This document shows positions 61,500 to 64,000 of a stretch of DNA of 64,000 nt, piece by piece. The notes beneath the pieces are model-generated. The model was not told the DNA's origin and did no database searches. It saw only the letters and a program-made list of their open reading frames with translations. Positions within the stretch are counted from its first letter, which is position 1, and each line of letters opens with the position of its first letter. Source of the stretch: Adineta vaga. Taxonomy: Eukaryota; Animalia; Rotifera. Location of the stretch: positions 17,298,001-17,362,000 of the forward strand of contig CP075493.1 in the NCBI GenBank assembly GCA_021613535.1. The letters run 5' to 3'. The position numbers were made by a program, and so were the translations under genes.

Positions 61500-63442
61500 T
61501 TACAACTACATCATCACATATGATGCCACCACCAACATTAACTTGTTCTACCGTAAAAAAGAAACTTTTCTCTTCGTATCAGCGACACTTGTTCGAATGA
61601 TCGACGGAGGATGAAGATACACTAGTCGAACCAAATAACTATTCCGACGCTAATGTGACGAAATGTTCAAAATGTGATCTTCGTGGAAGTTACGATTTCA
61701 TATTGACAAAGCGTTTAAGACTTTTCGATCACATTTCTTTCATATATTCGTGCGAAAACGTCATAAGCTTCGTCACTGGCAACCGAATTTTACCATCATC
61801 AAAGTCTCAAATGACTGACTTGAACATATCAAGTATCCTCGTTGGGTCTCTCAATGGTGTGCAACGACGAGGACTTGACAAATTCTTCGCTGCAATGGGA
61901 ATATTGCCTCCTGTTCAAATCGAATCGTACAAAAGATACGAACAACTGTTATTCACATCTATTCAGAAGTAGCTGCTAATGAAACAAGAATTCATTTTCA
62001 AGACGATGATGTCACGGTGTCAATAGACAGCACTTGGTTGACTCAAGAATTTTCGTCTTTACACGGCGTTGGCACTATCGTGAGCGCAGAAGATCCTCTA
62101 AAAGCTCTGAGTTATGGAGTTTTAAGTCGCCATTGCGCTGAATGTGCTGATCTATTAGGTGTCAAGAAGTCCGATGGTGAATTATATTCTAAATTACTTG
62201 AAGAACGTCTACATAACGGATGTGAAGTGAATTACGACGGGAGCAGTGGTAGAATGGAAGGAGCATCAGTAGGTGATCTTTTGCGTTCTTTCTCAAAGTT
62301 CTTGGATTGTTTAGATGATTATGATGTTTGGTCGATCCATTACGAAGCATAATCTACGATATCAGTATTTCTCAATCAAGACCGTATAGCGATTTACTAA
62401 TCGAAAGAAAGCAGTATGAAAGAACACCGTTGCCTGACAAGAAAACTATTGGTGGCAAAGGAAGATTAGGTACCAGTTTCTCTCTAAATAATCATAACGA
62501 AACTCAACTGAATCTCAATTTTTCGTTAGATGATTTCAAAATCTATAGACTTCAGATATATTTTGGAACAGCAATACGCAAGAACAACAACGATCTCAAG
62601 AAAATGGAACAAGTGGCTTCGGCTGCGTGGTATCATATCGCAAGCACTGACGAGAATTCTATGCACGATTTCTGGAATCTAGATCATTGTCAATTGTACC
62701 TTGATTTCGATTACAAACACGAAGGTCATTCGTTACCTCCTGCTGTATGTGCTTCAATCAAATCGGCTTACGATGAATTATGTCGTGATGATTCTCTTCG
62801 TCAAATGCTCCAAGGAGGAACCACCAATGCAAATGAAAGCTTTCATCGAATTATATGATCGATGGGTAGCAAAAAATATCACATTATGAAGAGAATCAGT
62901 AATGCTACGAATTTGGCTGGAATCGGTGACTGAAGAAATCTAGCTCACTGTTGTTACCATTTTCGTACCGTTGTTGCTGTATTTTGCATAAATCCAGTGG
63001 CGACTTTTTTTCTTCCTGCCTTTTCTCTGTCGTTGGCTTTCGTATTGTTTTCACTGGCATTTATTTATTTCTTTTGTTTCAGATGAGAAAAATCATGAAA
63101 ACTATCATTCGAACCCATGACCCATCGATTCACAGAAGTGTCCAGTGAGTAGACCAGTATAAATATGGAACGATATGTGTCACCCTACTATATCCCATTT
63201 GCCTCTCGATATGACCATTATATTCGCCATCAAAAACTGCTCACACTGTGGGTCAAAAAAACAATTTTCAATTGATGGATTTCGAAAACTACATAGTTGA
63301 AAAGTATTTTGCGTTTTTCCCTAGAGGTGCTTTTGATCGTTTTCATTTTCGATGCTCAATCTGTAGTAAAAACTTCAATTGAATCGGACTTGTCGTCTTC
63401 GAGATCTGTAAATCATGAAAAAAGAGGGTGAGGCATCCTTAA
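61500..63442 (+). mobile_element. Decayed 'Mutator-like transposase domain' (Kolobok-type) DNA transposon
   Basis: VSIDSTW...FSSLHGVGTIV, SRHCAEC, CEVNYDGSSGRME, GGKGRL, LQIYFGTAIRKN, HIASTDE..H, GGTTNANESF. Many stops and frameshifts. Candidate right end ...GAGGCATCC|TTAA at 63438-63442. Confidence 0.75.
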
Positions 63443-64000
63443 GAAAATTTCTTTCTATATAGTTTAATAGAGACAAGATAGAGAATTGTAGCTTTCACTA
63501 TTGGAAAGAATATATGAAGATGTAACGAATCGTGTATTATAAGTTGTCCTAATATTGTTTTTTGAACTATTTATATTCAATTTTCTAACTATCGAGAAAA
63601 TATTTTTATTTATGAAAGCAGGAAGAAGCACAACAGTGAGCATTTGTCACAGAAATTGCTAAAAAAATCGTATTGAAGGCTCGACTAGAATAAGTATTAT
63701 TCATTTCAGCCTGTTGCATTTTGTAGTTCTTCGATTAATGATTTGAATGTGCATCTGACTATGGAAATTTCACTCAAAACATCTTATGAGATAGATTTGT
63801 TCTTAAAAAGATCGATTTAAAACCACATAACAAATAACTCGGAAAATTCTATAATGTGCCATTCGATGCATCTTCATCTGCTTTTCCCAATGGTAAAAAC
63901 TAGCTCTTATCAGAATTTCGTTATTATAACTTTAGTTGACATATGATCAAATAGCATAGAAACATCGAGCATTCTTTTCTCTATCAAACTAGAGAGAGAG

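Overview
AT-rich eukaryotic nuclear DNA with short (about 55-80 nt) GT-AG introns. The gene families (F-box/LRR, TPR-ADP-ribosyltransferase, LDLa/EGF-7TM GPCR, MORN, NHL, Kelch, FG-GAP) strongly suggest a bdelloid rotifer; this is an inference from family content, not a database result. The window looks like a fast-turnover accessory region: about half the genes are truncated or carry stops or frameshifts, and TE relics are frequent (Penelope-like with a hammerhead ribozyme, Helitron, Helentron-like, hAT and foldback MITEs, two decayed transposases). Main features not resolved by the ORF track: (1) three spliced, secreted, six-cysteine diapausin-like peptide genes with near-identical promoter, signal exon and intron but strongly divergent mature peptides; (2) a dispersed family of 40-60 bp polar hairpins built from telomere-like TGAGGG/TGTGGG repeats, with no TSD found and several lying exactly at gene breakpoints; (3) a broken M35 (Lys-N-type) metallopeptidase; (4) a fungal/oomycete-type small Cys-rich secreted protein; (5) a minimal hammerhead ribozyme. 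An intronless nucleotidyltransferase fusion gene is also an HGT candidate. No rRNA, tRNA or CRISPR array was recognised. All family assignments come from motif recognition by eye.
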